Assembly: GCA_016748015.1 (NCBI GenBank)
Contig: JAAOMT010000226.1
Location: 788,604-852,603, forward strand
Origin: Geosiphon pyriformis uo1
Taxonomy: Eukaryota > Fungi > Glomeromycota
Direction: 5' to 3'
DNA length: 64,000 bases
The position numbers and the translations under genes are program-made. Below are positions 1 to 11,667 of the stretch, in pieces (the first letter of the stretch is position 1; each line of letters starts with the position of its first letter). The notes under the pieces were generated by a model, which worked only from the letters and a program-made list of their open reading frames with translations, did not search any database and was not told the origin of the DNA.

Positions 1-986
1 CTTTTAATGGAAAATGTCGTAGGGTTTCATAGTCGAAAAGAAAGCCAAGGGTTAACGGCAGAGTTTTATTCGCGGTTGACAAATATGGAGTAAGAGAAAA
101 TTAGTGATGAATTAAACGGTTTTTTTTCAATAAAAATACCAATGAAAATGTTTTTGCTGCATCTTTCAATTCAAAAGATATACCTTCGAAACAACAATAC
201 TGTCTTCTGCCAATTTTGGGGCGCCTCAAAAGCGCAAACGTTTCTTTTTATTGGCTGCTTTTCAAGGTCAGCCTATCCCGAGATGGCCAAAGGTAACCCA
301 CTTTGTTTGGGAAGATTTAAAACCCAACGAGAGGGAAGAATGGTTGAGCAAAGGATACTGCGAAACTCCAACTGTACGGGAAGCATTTCAAGGTAAGAAA
401 ATCTTAGTTTTAATTTGCTAAGCACCGAATGTTAAACTCTTTAATTATTAACTTTTGGCAAAAGGTTTGCCCGTCACGATTGATACTCTGAATCGTGCAA
501 GGCGACATATCAGCTCTACAGGACCGCAAAGAATATCACAAATCCCAAATGTTGAAGATTTTAATCAGAATTCGCCAGATTATTTTATGCGCCTTGAATA
601 TAATAAGATCGCATCCACAGTTCTTGCTTCACCCAATCCTGGATGGAAATGCATCCACCCATCCGTATGGAGATGGATCACAGTTCGAGAGTGTGCCCGT
701 CTCCAGGGATTTCCAGATTCATTTGAAATTCTAAGCGAGAACCAAAGCGTTCCCTCGAAGTATAGACAAGGTCAGCAACGAATTCAAATTTAAGTTCCAT
801 ATTTATCATATTTTAACAATTCTTTCATTGATAGTTGGCAACGCTGTGTCACCCCCGTTAGCGAAAGCAATTTTATTGGAGATTATGAAGAGTCTCTTGC
901 AATTAAACAATAAAAATAGAGTAACAGGAAGTAAAATATCCCAGGGTTTTATACGGGCACAAGAAATTATTGTAATAGATGATTGA
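1..986 (+). CDS. C5-cytosine DNA methyltransferase (RID/Masc1/DmtA-like by resemblance), 3' part; 5' end lies outside the window
   Basis: Manual splicing of exons <1-89, 178-392, 465-770 and 835-986 (all GT-AG, phases compatible) gives one open frame. It carries motif VI (LLMENVVG), motif VIII (ANFGAPQKRKRFFLLAA), motif IX (TVRECARLQGFPDSF) and motif X (YRQVGNAVSPPLAKAI), with stop TGA at 984-986. Subfamily assignment is by recalled resemblance only. Confidence 0.92.
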
Positions 987-1070
987 GGGAAATCGTTTCT
1001 CAACCATTAATGATGTACTTGACTCTACCAGGAAAGCTCACGTGATTATTTGAGATTTGTATTTAGCCGA

Positions 1071-1434
1071 CAAATGATATGCTACGGAGCTGGAATTATC
1101 AATCAATATATTCTAACCTGATATTTTGAATACCAACGTTTTTTTTCTTTTATTATAAGGAATACATCGAAAAAAAAAGAAAGTGAGGCTTTACTTAACA
1201 CAATCTTATCTGAAAAACCACCGAAGAAATCACGAAATGGACAACTAAATAATCAAAGTGTTATAACTCATTATTATTTTCATACTTTAAACAGTTCTTC
1301 ACATTGGAGTATTGAGTTTTGGAGCACTTTGTATAACATTTTGGCACAAATATGCAGAACAATTTTCTTTTTTTTACTAGTGCCAATACTCCAAGTGCTC
1401 ATAATATTAAGCATCAACAATATGTTGATACTTT
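1071..1434 (+). pseudogene. TET/JBP-like dioxygenase pseudogene copy 1, 5' segment
   Basis: Nucleotide homology to 41910->41715 on the minus strand (e.g. tacggagctggaatta, ttataaggaatacatcgaaaaaaa, caactaaataatcaaagtg, agcatcaacaat.tgttgatacttt). In that copy this sequence runs directly into the dioxygenase core. Frameshifted here. Confidence 0.7.
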
Positions 1435-3570
1435 CTGGTTGTCACCACAGCAATCATTTTAACCAGTTTTTCAAGAAAAATGTTGCATCACCACTCAACA
1501 AACTCATTGGATGACTTGAATTAAGAAATTCTAAACAAGAAATTGGTTAGAGTTTTTGCAATTCCGTCACAAATCTGACTTCACCTCCCGCCAGAACGAG
1601 CAGGAGCATTTAAATGGTTATATAAGCGAATTATTGACCAGGCAGCTGACAAAACATGGTCTCAAAAGGCTGTTAATGCATTCAAAGATTTTGAGGTTTG
1701 TATATTCTATTTATTTATAAGTGATTATACGCTTTATACATTACAATAATATTCTTTCTCAATTAACCATCACAATCAACCAATTTTGGACTAAGCTCAA
1801 GTCTACTAATCCACAAAAGGTTGGTATACAATTTTCTGCTGCATATTTCTTTATTACTGTGAAATCTAATTTTATTATTTTATAGAAAATGCAAAAGAGA
1901 AAATATTTCAACTGCTCTTTTGAACTCTCCAAAATTGCATCAATCTTTAAGGAAATAAAAACGAAATTCATTCCTCATACATTATCTAATAATGATAATT
2001 TAAGATTCATTCACATGTCTGAAGTAAGTACTGTTGTTTTACAATACATAAATTAATTACGTGTTATAAATTATCTTTATTGGTTATAATTAGGCTGCCA
2101 GAAACTCAATCAAGGAATGTAAGACTTTGCTGAAAAAATGTCATTGTGCTGTAAAAAATGATGATGGCAATGATGTGGTTTTTGAGTTTTTTCAAAAAAT
2201 GTAGGTTGTTAGCCAAAGTTAATTGCTTTATCAACCTTCCATTTCTGATGTTCTTTTTTAGCCTCAATTTGCACTCATGTGCACCAGTCCAAATGAAGAC
2301 ACTTTTGTATAGAAGGTGTTGGCGCCTCTACTATTGCCATTCTTTGCAGACGATGAGCTTATAGAGTGTGTATGGTAAGCATTTTTTTTTAAATAATATA
2401 CATTAAATATTTACTAATAAATTAAAAAATATCAGGGCTAATACTACATTAGGCCCTTCTCTTAAACGCAAACGAAAATTCTTCGCGGAAGAAAACCCAA
2501 CTTCACGGTGCTCACGTCTGGACAATTCAAGGTGCCTTTGCTAGTTGCTGAACTCAAGCCAGTAACACATCGCGCGAATAGAGGTCTATGGAGTGATCTT
2601 GTGAAACTTGGTAATGAGCTCAAGGATATGGTCGATTCCATGGTTGATGATTACCTTGATTAGACTCAAATTTGTGGTATTCTGTTAGAAGGTAATTGTG
2701 ATCAATCATTTAATTTTGATTTAATGCTAATTTAATTTTCAATATATTTTAAATTAATTCTAATTTAATGGTAATTTAATTCTAATTTAAATAGGATTTC
2801 GGTGTGATCTGTTTGTCATGGATCTCAAATTCAATGGCATATATCGAATGATCCAGATGGGGAGGTTCTATCTCCCACAAGACCGAAATAACTTTGGTGT
2901 TTTTCCCGATATGATTAAGGTTCTCCTGCTGGCAAAATTAAGCGTTTTTTGATAATTCTACATTCTAAGATATCAAATTAACATCTAATTTATTATTAGA
3001 CTATTATCATTCAATCTGCAGAAAACCAAGATGACACGACCATCTTTTCACACACTAATGAAAATTCCTACGACAAGAATTTCTCAATGTAACGAAACTT
3101 AAATAAATTTTATTTACTTACAAAATTAAATGCAGGTTTCCATTTGGTGAATAAAAAAACGTTCAGATATCCTGATGAGATTAGCAAAACATATACAATA
3201 AAGACGCGTTTAATCCAATTCTAATTGTAATCGATAAAGATCAAAATTTTTTAAAATCAATTTTGGATTTCTCACCCTCGTCAATGCCCTAGAACAAAAT
3301 TTATCACTAATTATTCATCGATTCAAAATTGTTATTTATAATTGCAGAAAACGCCCTGTTTCTGAAGCTACTTTAATTTGTAAGAATTTAAAGAGGCCGA
3401 ATTTTCTCCCATCTTTAAGATAATATGTTAAAATTAAGCTGACTAAGAGTGAGAATAAAATAGACCTTAAGTATCTTTTCGGTTTTATTCTTTATAATTT
3501 TTTGGGATTTCTTTCCTGAAAAGAGCTAGCAAGATTTCTGTATTCAGCTCATGAAATGAAGAATGTAGAT
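1435..3570 (+). pseudogene. ~2.1-kb insertion carrying a degraded spliced gene with a putative restriction-endonuclease-like fold (Mucoromycota repeat/effector-associated family)
   Basis: Interrupts the TET pseudogene (homology with copy 2 stops ~1434 and resumes ~3572). Readable fragments: LLVAELKPVTHRANRGLWSDLVKLGNELKDMVDSMVDD (~2538-2655) and FRCDLFVMDLKFNGIYRMIQMGRFYLPQD (~2797-2883), with GT-AG introns and in-frame stops. Confidence 0.5.
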
Positions 3571-3571
3571 T

Positions 3572-3885
3572 ATTTTCCACAGGAATATTATGGAAAATTA
3601 TATAAAAAATTAGAAAAGCTATCATGGGGAGTATTTGGACCAAAGCCATTTGGTGTTTTTCCGATAATTGCAATTAATTACAACACAATAAGCAATTATC
3701 ATTGGAATGAACATGATGAACCAAATTGCTTTTGTTTTTTAGTAGCATTAAGGAATTATAAAAAAGTCTAGACAAGTTATTGTATTTGTTTCATATCTTT
3801 TGCTTCATGGAAGTTTTTGAATTACAAGAAGAATTTGGCATAGTATTGTTTATTTTGTTTATGGTTTATTTGTTTATTATTTACA
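3572..3885 (+). pseudogene. TET/JBP-like 2OG-Fe(II) dioxygenase pseudogene copy 1, catalytic core
   Basis: KLYKKLEKLSWGVFGPKPFGVFPIIAINYNTISNYHWNEHDEPNCFCFLVAL, where HxD reads H-W-N at 3700-3708. After a deletion/frameshift it continues SYLLLHGSF*ITRRIWHSIVYFVYG (distal His at 3806-3808; the 2OG-binding Arg appears as TGG). Confidence 0.75.
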
Positions 3886-3959
3886 TAATATTATACAAAA
3901 AAAAGATAAATATTACAAATTTTGAAATAAATATATTTACTATTAAATTAAATTTAATA

Positions 3960-4170
3960 ATAAAAAAAATATAGTTATTTAGTTTATAAATTTTTTTAAA
4001 CTACAATTAAGATGTTGTATTTACTTTTTAGTTTTGACTTAAAAGCTTTTTCTTTCTCATCTATTCTATATTAGATAAAAAAGATAAAATTTGTTGCAAT
4101 TCAAAACAAATTTTGATTAAAATAAACCAAATTATTTAATACAAACTTAAAATATTTAATATAACAATAA
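3960..4170 (+). repeat. TET-DNMT linker / DNMT 5' flank, homologous to 33250->33045 (-)
   Basis: Shared blocks acaattaagatg.tgtatt, cttaaaagctttttcttt and ttagataaaaaagataaaatttgttgcaattcaaaa. In the other copy this segment lies immediately 5' of DNMT motif I. Confidence 0.8.
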
Positions 4171-4174
4171 GCTT

Positions 4175-5202
4175 AAACAATCTGTGTTGACTTGTTAATA
4201 AAATGACAAGCAAAAGAAAAATAATTTTATGGTTATATTATTCAAACAAATTTTATAAATACTGTTAAATCAATAATAAAGAGGATAAAGAAATTTATCT
4301 TTTTCAAATAAAAATTAAATTACAATTATATTCAATAATTATTACCTGGTATTAATTTTGATAATATAAATTCTGGATCTTTTTTAAAATCAGTTGTTAG
4401 TGATAAGTTCCAATTAACAATTATTAATTTTTGTTACATAAATTTAATTTTTTATTTGAAAATATTATATCTAAATCTCAAAAATTTTATAATTTTTAAG
4501 TAATTAATAAAATTTTTAACAAAAGTATATATACTTACAGTGTTAAATAAAATAAGAGTATTAATAATATTTAACTCTAAAGTATAGAAAATATAATTAA
4601 AATAAATGTAAAAAGATGAATATCAATCTGCTATTAAAATTTTGATTATTAAATTATTATTATGTTAATAGTAGTTTTTTAAGTCTCATATTTTTTATCA
4701 GTAAAATTATTATCATTATTATTATTGTTATTGTTAACAGCTTTAATAAATTTATAATAAAAATTGTTTTTAAAGAATATATTATTTGCTGTAGTTATAT
4801 ATAATATTTAAAAACAATTGAATAAAAGAAATACTAAACAGAAGTAATAAATATAAATTCAATTACTATTTTTGTTAGTTTTTTTTATTAATACCGAGTT
4901 TTAAAGAATGATGACTTTTTAAATTTAGTTTATCAGTTCTAACTTCTTGAATTATTGATAAGTAGAAAGATTTTGTTATTTCTATTTTTTTGTTTTTTTC
5001 GAATTGTATTTTTTTATTATTAGAAGAAAATAAAATTTTTAATAGAATAAAATTATAATGCAATTGAATTTAAGAAAAATAAGCAATTTTAAAATTTCCA
5101 AATTATTAATCATTTGTCATTCCTTTTGTAATTTAATAAATAATTTGCCATTAGTGCAATTATAATAATTACTGTTATTGTTTATAATTTTTGTAAATTG
5201 TT

Positions 5203-5234
<32 letters not shown>

Positions 5235-5510
5235 TTAAAATATGTAATTATTGTAATTAATTATAATTAATTTACATATTTTCATTTTTAAAAATTACTC
5301 TTTAAAAAATATTAAAAAACTGTTTTATAAAAATGAGTCAAAAACTTTTAATTATTTATATAATTATTAATTAATAACACAATATTAACTTAATTATAAA
5401 ATTTATTAACTTAATTAATTGTAAACAATACTTTTTTTAATGGTTTTAAAATATTTCAAGAAATAATTTCAGGTATCTGGTCACGTGTAGAGTGCATAAA
5501 CCGCATTTAT
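4175..5510. mobile_element. Heavily A/T-eroded retroelement relic
   Basis: Extreme AT content with residual codon-like texture. Ends near ctggtcacgtgtagagtgca (~5477-5496), which recurs inverted at ~33429-33450 at the edge of another relic block. Confidence 0.4.
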
Positions 5511-5743
5511 TTTAGAAAATTTATATATTGTATGTATATATAAATAATGTATTGATAATATAAAATACAGTGTTTTGTTTTGAAATGCTTGTAAATTTAT
5601 TTATTGGTTTGATTACTTTTTATACTTTAAAAATATTATTTTTATGTTTTTGATAAAAATATATAAAGTCGAAATATAATTATATCAGAATTTTAAAAAA
5701 AAATTTATAATTATAAAATTAAAAAAAATTATTTTTCATGTAA

Positions 5744-5746
<3 letters not shown>

Positions 5747-5796
<50 letters not shown>
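5747..5796. repeat. (ATT)n microsatellite
   Basis: About 16 consecutive ATT units. Shorter tracts at ~5206-5234 and ~31498-31527. Confidence 0.9.
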
Positions 5797-5798
<2 letters not shown>

Positions 5799-7635
5799 TA
5801 TTTAGTTTCATATTTTTTTTTATGATTGTATTATTATAATAAATTAAATAAACTGCTTAAATCAAATATTTTTATAATTAGTAAACATGAATTATTATTA
5901 ACTTTTATTGATTTATTTTATTTTTGCAGTTGGTGTGGAAACATCCAAAGTATCGGAGGATCTGAGGTATATAAATGCCCAAAATTGTAAGACTGTAATC
6001 GATAGAGATGAAAATGACGCTCGGGGAATTTTTCTCCGGGCATTACTTGATGGAGCCTTGATTCTCTCTGGAGATAATGCAGGAAATAGTACTAATGGTT
6101 AGAATTATCTATTATTGATATATTACAATTAATTCGGAAAGAAATACAGACTATATATTTGTACTTGGATAATAAAGCGAATTTTGGGAAAATGTAAAAA
6201 AAAATTGGATAAAGATTAAATATCCTGATATACAGGTTTGGGAGAGGTAGAAGTAAAGAGAGATAAGCGCAATTAAGCATATTCATTTTTTAATGTTAAC
6301 ATGAATAAAACAAGCCAATTTTAATTTGCTTTGGAGAAGCCTACTTCCTTATAGAACTTTTATATTACCTTACATAGTAATATGGAGTTTAATGTAGGCG
6401 TTAATTAGTGTGTGTAATTGTGAAACATTATATTAGTGAATAATCCATCTTGATTAATCTGCAATCGACAAAGAAATTTCTATCTTACTAACACTGGAAT
6501 CTCCATACATAGTGATTCGTTCTGAATCTGTCGACTTAAGAGTGTCAATTTGGGAGTTTAAGTGACAAAAAAGAGATAAGGCGAAAGTTTTGGAACTGTC
6601 TTTTTTTTTCCACAAAATTCGGTGCCTGCTGTGCAACGCCAATCGAAGCTGGACTAAGTACTTTGGCGGTCTCTAGCAATTTATTGTTCTTTTTTCGTCT
6701 TTTTAGAAATTGGTGATCATGTTTTTCGACTTTCTTGGAGAGCTAAATGAGACATAATATATCATATTGGTAACTCCTACAAGTTATAATGAACAAGAAT
6801 GAATCATCAAAATTTTCCCCATCTTTGATGATAAAGTGGAATGTTTTCCCAACAAGTATAAAAATCTCGTTGTAAATTCAGGAGGGGATGCTACACTCCT
6901 AAAATGAATTCCTAAGTAGGTCTTGTCATGCTTTCTTATATTCTCAATAATAATTTAGAAATGATAAATAAAAATAATAAATAATTTTTGCAAATAATAA
7001 TACCTTTTTCAAACAAATCATTTTTTACGAAAAATTTTTTTAAAATTTTGTGGATGAAGGTTCTTGAAGATTATATAAAAGCATTCTAAAAGATTTAAGC
7101 AGTGGTTCTCTAAAACCAATTTTTGTAATAAAATTTGACTCGTCCAAAAAAAGCTTTTTTTGAATTGCAATTTTGACTTTAAATTCGGAAATTTCAAATT
7201 CTCAGAAAAAAAAATTTTTTATATTTTTTGATTTCTTAAAATTCTATAAGAAAAAGACTTTAGCTATATTTAAATTAAGTACGTAAAAATAATTCTGTTT
7301 GTTGCACTTGGGTTTTGAGTTTTATAGAAACTATTTTTACCTTCTAAATGTTCAATTTTGCCCTCACTAGTTTTAAAGATTTTTTTTTTTGCAAAGCCAA
7401 TTTTGAAAATAAAAAAAAATTGGGCTTAATTTCATTCATCATCTTTTTTTTTAAAAAAAATCAAACCTAAAATTTTAAGGATACCATTCTCTATTATAAA
7501 ATTTCAAAAAATATTTTCTCACAAAATTATATTACAAATAATAGAGTGATCATCATAATTTAAGAAAGCAAGGTAACTCTATACAATTCCTTTATACAAA
7601 ATTTGTAAAAAATTGTTCCATGATATTTAATAGTT

Positions 7636-8398
7636 TCAGGGAAAGTAACTCAACATCGGTTTAGACCAATCGAATATTATCAAAAAGCGCGGTAGTGTGG
7701 CCTATTTTAGAAGAAAAAGTAAATTAACTGCTTTATTTAAAAAAATAAGCATGTGTTTTAGAATTAAAAAAAAAAAACCAGTAATACACTCACGGCATCT
7801 TTAAAAACTTCCAAGGTATATCCGGGATGAGGTGAAAGAACATCTAAAGCGAACATTATCAAAGGACTTCGATCTCGATAACGTAAAGAAAAGTGGAGTG
7901 AATACGCTGGATCATTTGAGGTCCAAATTCCTAATATTTCAAAAAAAAAAAGAAAAAAAAAATGCTTTACTTTCACCACCTTGCATAATTTTCATCTCAA
8001 AAATTTGTTCCATTTCTACCTGTTCTTGACAAACAAGCTCTTGCAGATTTACTCCTTTTATTTCCATTCTTCAATATTCCACACATTGCACAATTCTTAA
8101 GTTTGCAAAGTGGATTTTTACCAGCAATTATGGGGTTCGGACCGTCACAAATATATGAAGTACCATGAAACATTGAGTGTGTAATTTTAGTAAAATCACC
8201 TTTTTTCCCCATTTTTTCTTTTAATTTTAAATGTCTTTTTGTGATTTTCTGTGGCATTTCTATACTAATAATGTTTCTTACGGTTGCTTCTGGTAAAGCA
8301 GTCACAAATCTATCATGAATTTCAAGGTATCGTGGATCATGAGAGTGTAAAGGTGTTAGTTTGGTTACTTTATGTGGTGAGTTTTGATCATTTTTCAT
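7636..8398 (-). CDS. PARP/ADP-ribosyltransferase-like small protein (paralog 1)
   Basis: Exons 8398-8020, 7930-7794 and 7701-7636 (GT-AG). MFHGT motif, C-x4-C-x2-C-GIL Cys cluster, GIWTS, MFALDVL and ATLPRFLIIF match the strand order of fungal PARP-like domains. Confidence 0.75.
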
Positions 8399-8483
8399 TG
8401 CAAAAAATTTTCTTTGAAAAGATAATTATTTTTCAAAAATTGGTATCTTTTTAATAATTGAAATTTAAAAAGTTTAATTGAAA

Positions 8484-8518
8484 GGTTAGTTAGTTAGTTA
8501 GTTAGTTAGTCAGTTAGT
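8484..8518. repeat. (TTAG)n microsatellite
   Basis: gttagttagttag... of about 8 units with one variant, upstream of the PARP-like gene. Confidence 0.85.
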
Positions 8519-11374
8519 TGACACTTGAATTAATAATTTCGGTCAATTTAAATAAAAAAGACGTTCCACAATCAGAATAAGCAGCACAAGCACAGAAACT
8601 TTCTTTAACCTACTTCAAAAGCAGTTAACCTCAACTTGCATGATTTATTGTAAAGGGGTTTTCACCAGGAGAGGGTAATTTTTAATAGCAACAAAGAGAG
8701 AGAGACCCAAGATTGGCTTGTCATACATTGTTAGCATTCTCTGCATGTTGCTTATCTGTGTTTGTTTAGGACTGCGATGAATTACCTTGAAATCACGTTA
8801 CATGGTACTACTTCATTGTAAACAATAAGGAAAGGCTTTTTCCATCAAAAGTTAATAACTAATATCTTTTTTAAATATTTGAATGTTGAACCTAATTTAA
8901 CGTATCATTGATTAAATTTTCTACTGGAAAATCTTGTACAGAATCTATTCGGTCTAACTTATGTTTTGATAGTTAAAACTCGAATAAAATTTTCCGATCA
9001 AAAGGTAAAATGATATGAATTTTTTTTTATCTCGATTTGAAACCATTTTTTATGTTTATCATATACATTTTGTTCGCATAAAAATTTTTTTTATTAAGAA
9101 TTAATGTTCCTCTTAGTTTCACCTATTCTTACCTTTCCCTATGTGAAACTTTGAAATTAGTAATTGATTGATTATATATCGAAAAAATGGGAAGCTAGAA
9201 AATATTTAGAGATCCTTGATGAGAATGATAATTTTCACGCTAGATACGCAATAAAAACCGTAAAAACTTGATTTCATTAATGAAAGGAGGTTAGAACATT
9301 TTTATTCATTTATAGTTACATTTTTTAGGCTTTATTATTTGAGGAGGGGGGTGGGGTGGGAAATTGAAGGCCAAAAATTTTACAAAGATGGTAATACAAA
9401 AAGTTATTAACTGAAATTAATATATTTATTTATAAAAAAAAAAAGACAATCCATAGGTTATGATTCATTAATCTCACTAAATGAATAAATTGCTTTTAAA
9501 AATAGCTTCGATTTTTATGGAAAATCCTTTTAAAACGTCATAATTTATCAATATTTCAATAACCGTATCAAATTTCATTGATATTTCGGAAGCTGAATTT
9601 GGGCTGATTAATATTGGAAAAGAGATTACAAAAAAAAAGTTAACGATTTATAAAACTTGTCATACTCTTTGAGACTTATTCATTGGATTATTAACCATAT
9701 TTCTGGGGGAAAATATTAAAAAAAAAAACTAAACTTTCATGGACCTGGAAACAAAGAATTTGAAATTATGATTTGTCTTGGCAAAACAAATTTTAGAAAC
9801 ATAAAAAAAATTAAATAGAAACAAACATTAAATATTTTGAAAATCAATTCAATTTTTGGTCAAAAGAAATCGTATGTTATTACTTTCTTAATGCTTCTCC
9901 TAAATTGAGAACATCTCAAGTTTTGGTTGATTAATCACAGTTAATTGGTGTGGCTAAAAGTTATGAGGATGAAAATTTATGCTATTAATTTAATTCATAA
10001 GAGGTAATAAATGCTGATATGCTAATGTGGTTAAATTCTATAAAAAAATGATTTCGTCTTTGCTAAATCTAGAAGGATTTCATTATTTTTTTGCCAATCT
10101 AAAATTATAATTTTTTCATCTTTAGCTCTTAAGACATGATCTGAAGGTTATTTAGTCTTACAAAATAATCTCAAATAAAATTACTAAACCCATTCCCGAT
10201 AATTATCATGAATCCTTTTCAAATGAGAAAAATTTATAATATTTTCAAAAATTTAAAAACCTAGCTTTGAAGAAAATTATGTTGATATTACCTTGTTTGA
10301 GAATCAACTCCGTCTACGCAAAAAAGCTGTCTTTGATTGATATACGGATCAAAAAAATCCCCGAGGATGTTCTATATTTTCAGGGAGTCTTATCTCAAAT
10401 TATAAAAAAATGAAGAACGGAAAATCTTTGGATTTTTTGAAAGAGTTTTTATGATTTCCTTGTAGAAAAAAATTAATTAGATTTATATTTGGGCTTCAAA
10501 ATGAAATCTCTGCGAGCGGATTATTAATCAAATCTAAATATATTCCGTTTGGTCCAGCTTTTTCAGTTATATTTGTGAAACACTAAATGGCAATTTCTAT
10601 ATCAGCTTATCCTCATAAATTTGAGTGCATGTAAGGTGACCCATTAGCGTCTTGGATATTTATTAAAATCTAAGGAAGTAAATAGAGGCAAAACTTTTTC
10701 GGCTATTTAGAATGTCGTCGACAATTTATTCAAAATTGGAAACCGAAATTTCATTCAGTTGATCAATTTTTTAAATTGTGGTTTTTCGATCTTACAGTTT
10801 CCAGGAATTCTTAAATTATGTGTATCTAAATAGTAAAGAACATCTACTAAAATCGATGACACTTGAATTTCTTTTGCATCAAGAAATACTCACTCTTTGG
10901 AAAAAAAGGCTTCTAAAAAAGGTGATACCAGCACCAAAAATACAAAAACTTTGTACATGTAAAACATTGATGATTTTCCATCAGTTTTTCAAAAATAAAT
11001 GAATATCCTCTAGCAAAAAAATAATTCACTGTGATCAGTTATAGCAAGACCCATGTTGAGAATTAAGAAGATATAATAATTATGAAAAATATCTTAGCCT
11101 TTATATATTTATTGCTGTTTTTTAGTTTCAAATTATATAATTATCTAAAAAATAGTAAATAGTAATATGCTCTTTTTTAAATGACTTAACAATTCTTAAT
11201 GCCGAAAATAAAATTTTTCAAAATATATATAATTTAAAGAAATGTGTAAATTAATATTAAAAATAAATATGAAATTACTGCTTTTTTTTATACAGATGAA
11301 AAATACTTTTAATAATATTTTTTTTTAAACAAAACAAGGTTTTAAAGTTCATCTTTATTTATAATTTCATTCTG

Positions 11375-11667
11375 TGGTTCCGGACCGTTCGATTCGATTT
11401 TAGAAAAGATCCGACTGACCAGTTTGATCCGGTTCTAGAATTTATTTAACTTAAATTTTACTACTCCTCCCCTCCAGATTACATATTATTGTTCTTAATA
11501 ATATTACTTCACCATCCTTTTAAACACATACAAATCTTGATAGTTTCCGCATCTAATTTTGCTTCGAGTTGAAGTTACACCAGAAAATGCACACTCAATT
11601 GGTAGACTTGCAGCTGGGATTGCTAAATAATCTTTTGCCATGGTTGTCAGGTGAGGATATTCTGACT
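11375..11667 (-). mobile_element. hAT transposase C-terminal (dimerization domain) relic with probable subterminal sequence
   Basis: Minus-strand translation ~11667-11510: SEYPHLTTMAKDYLAIPAASLPIECAFSG...KLDAETIKICMCLKGW, matching the hAT YPxLxxMAxDYLxIPAxSxxxExxFS pattern. GC-richer short repeats (ccggaccgttcgattcg, gatccggttc) at 11380-11436. Confidence 0.8.

Noticed and set aside
1-3570. Bacterial restriction-modification operon (MTase next to a nuclease-like gene) or contaminant
   Set aside because: Both genes have spliceosomal introns. The nuclease-like relic is a secondary insertion inside TET and is absent from locus B.
5908-6760. Short GC-richer ORFs at 5908-6102 (+) and 6454-6642 (-)
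   Set aside because: Coding-like texture, but no recognisable motif and no consistent gene model.
8484-8518. Interstitial telomere
   Set aside because: The unit is TTAG, not TTAGGG; it is a short simple microsatellite.
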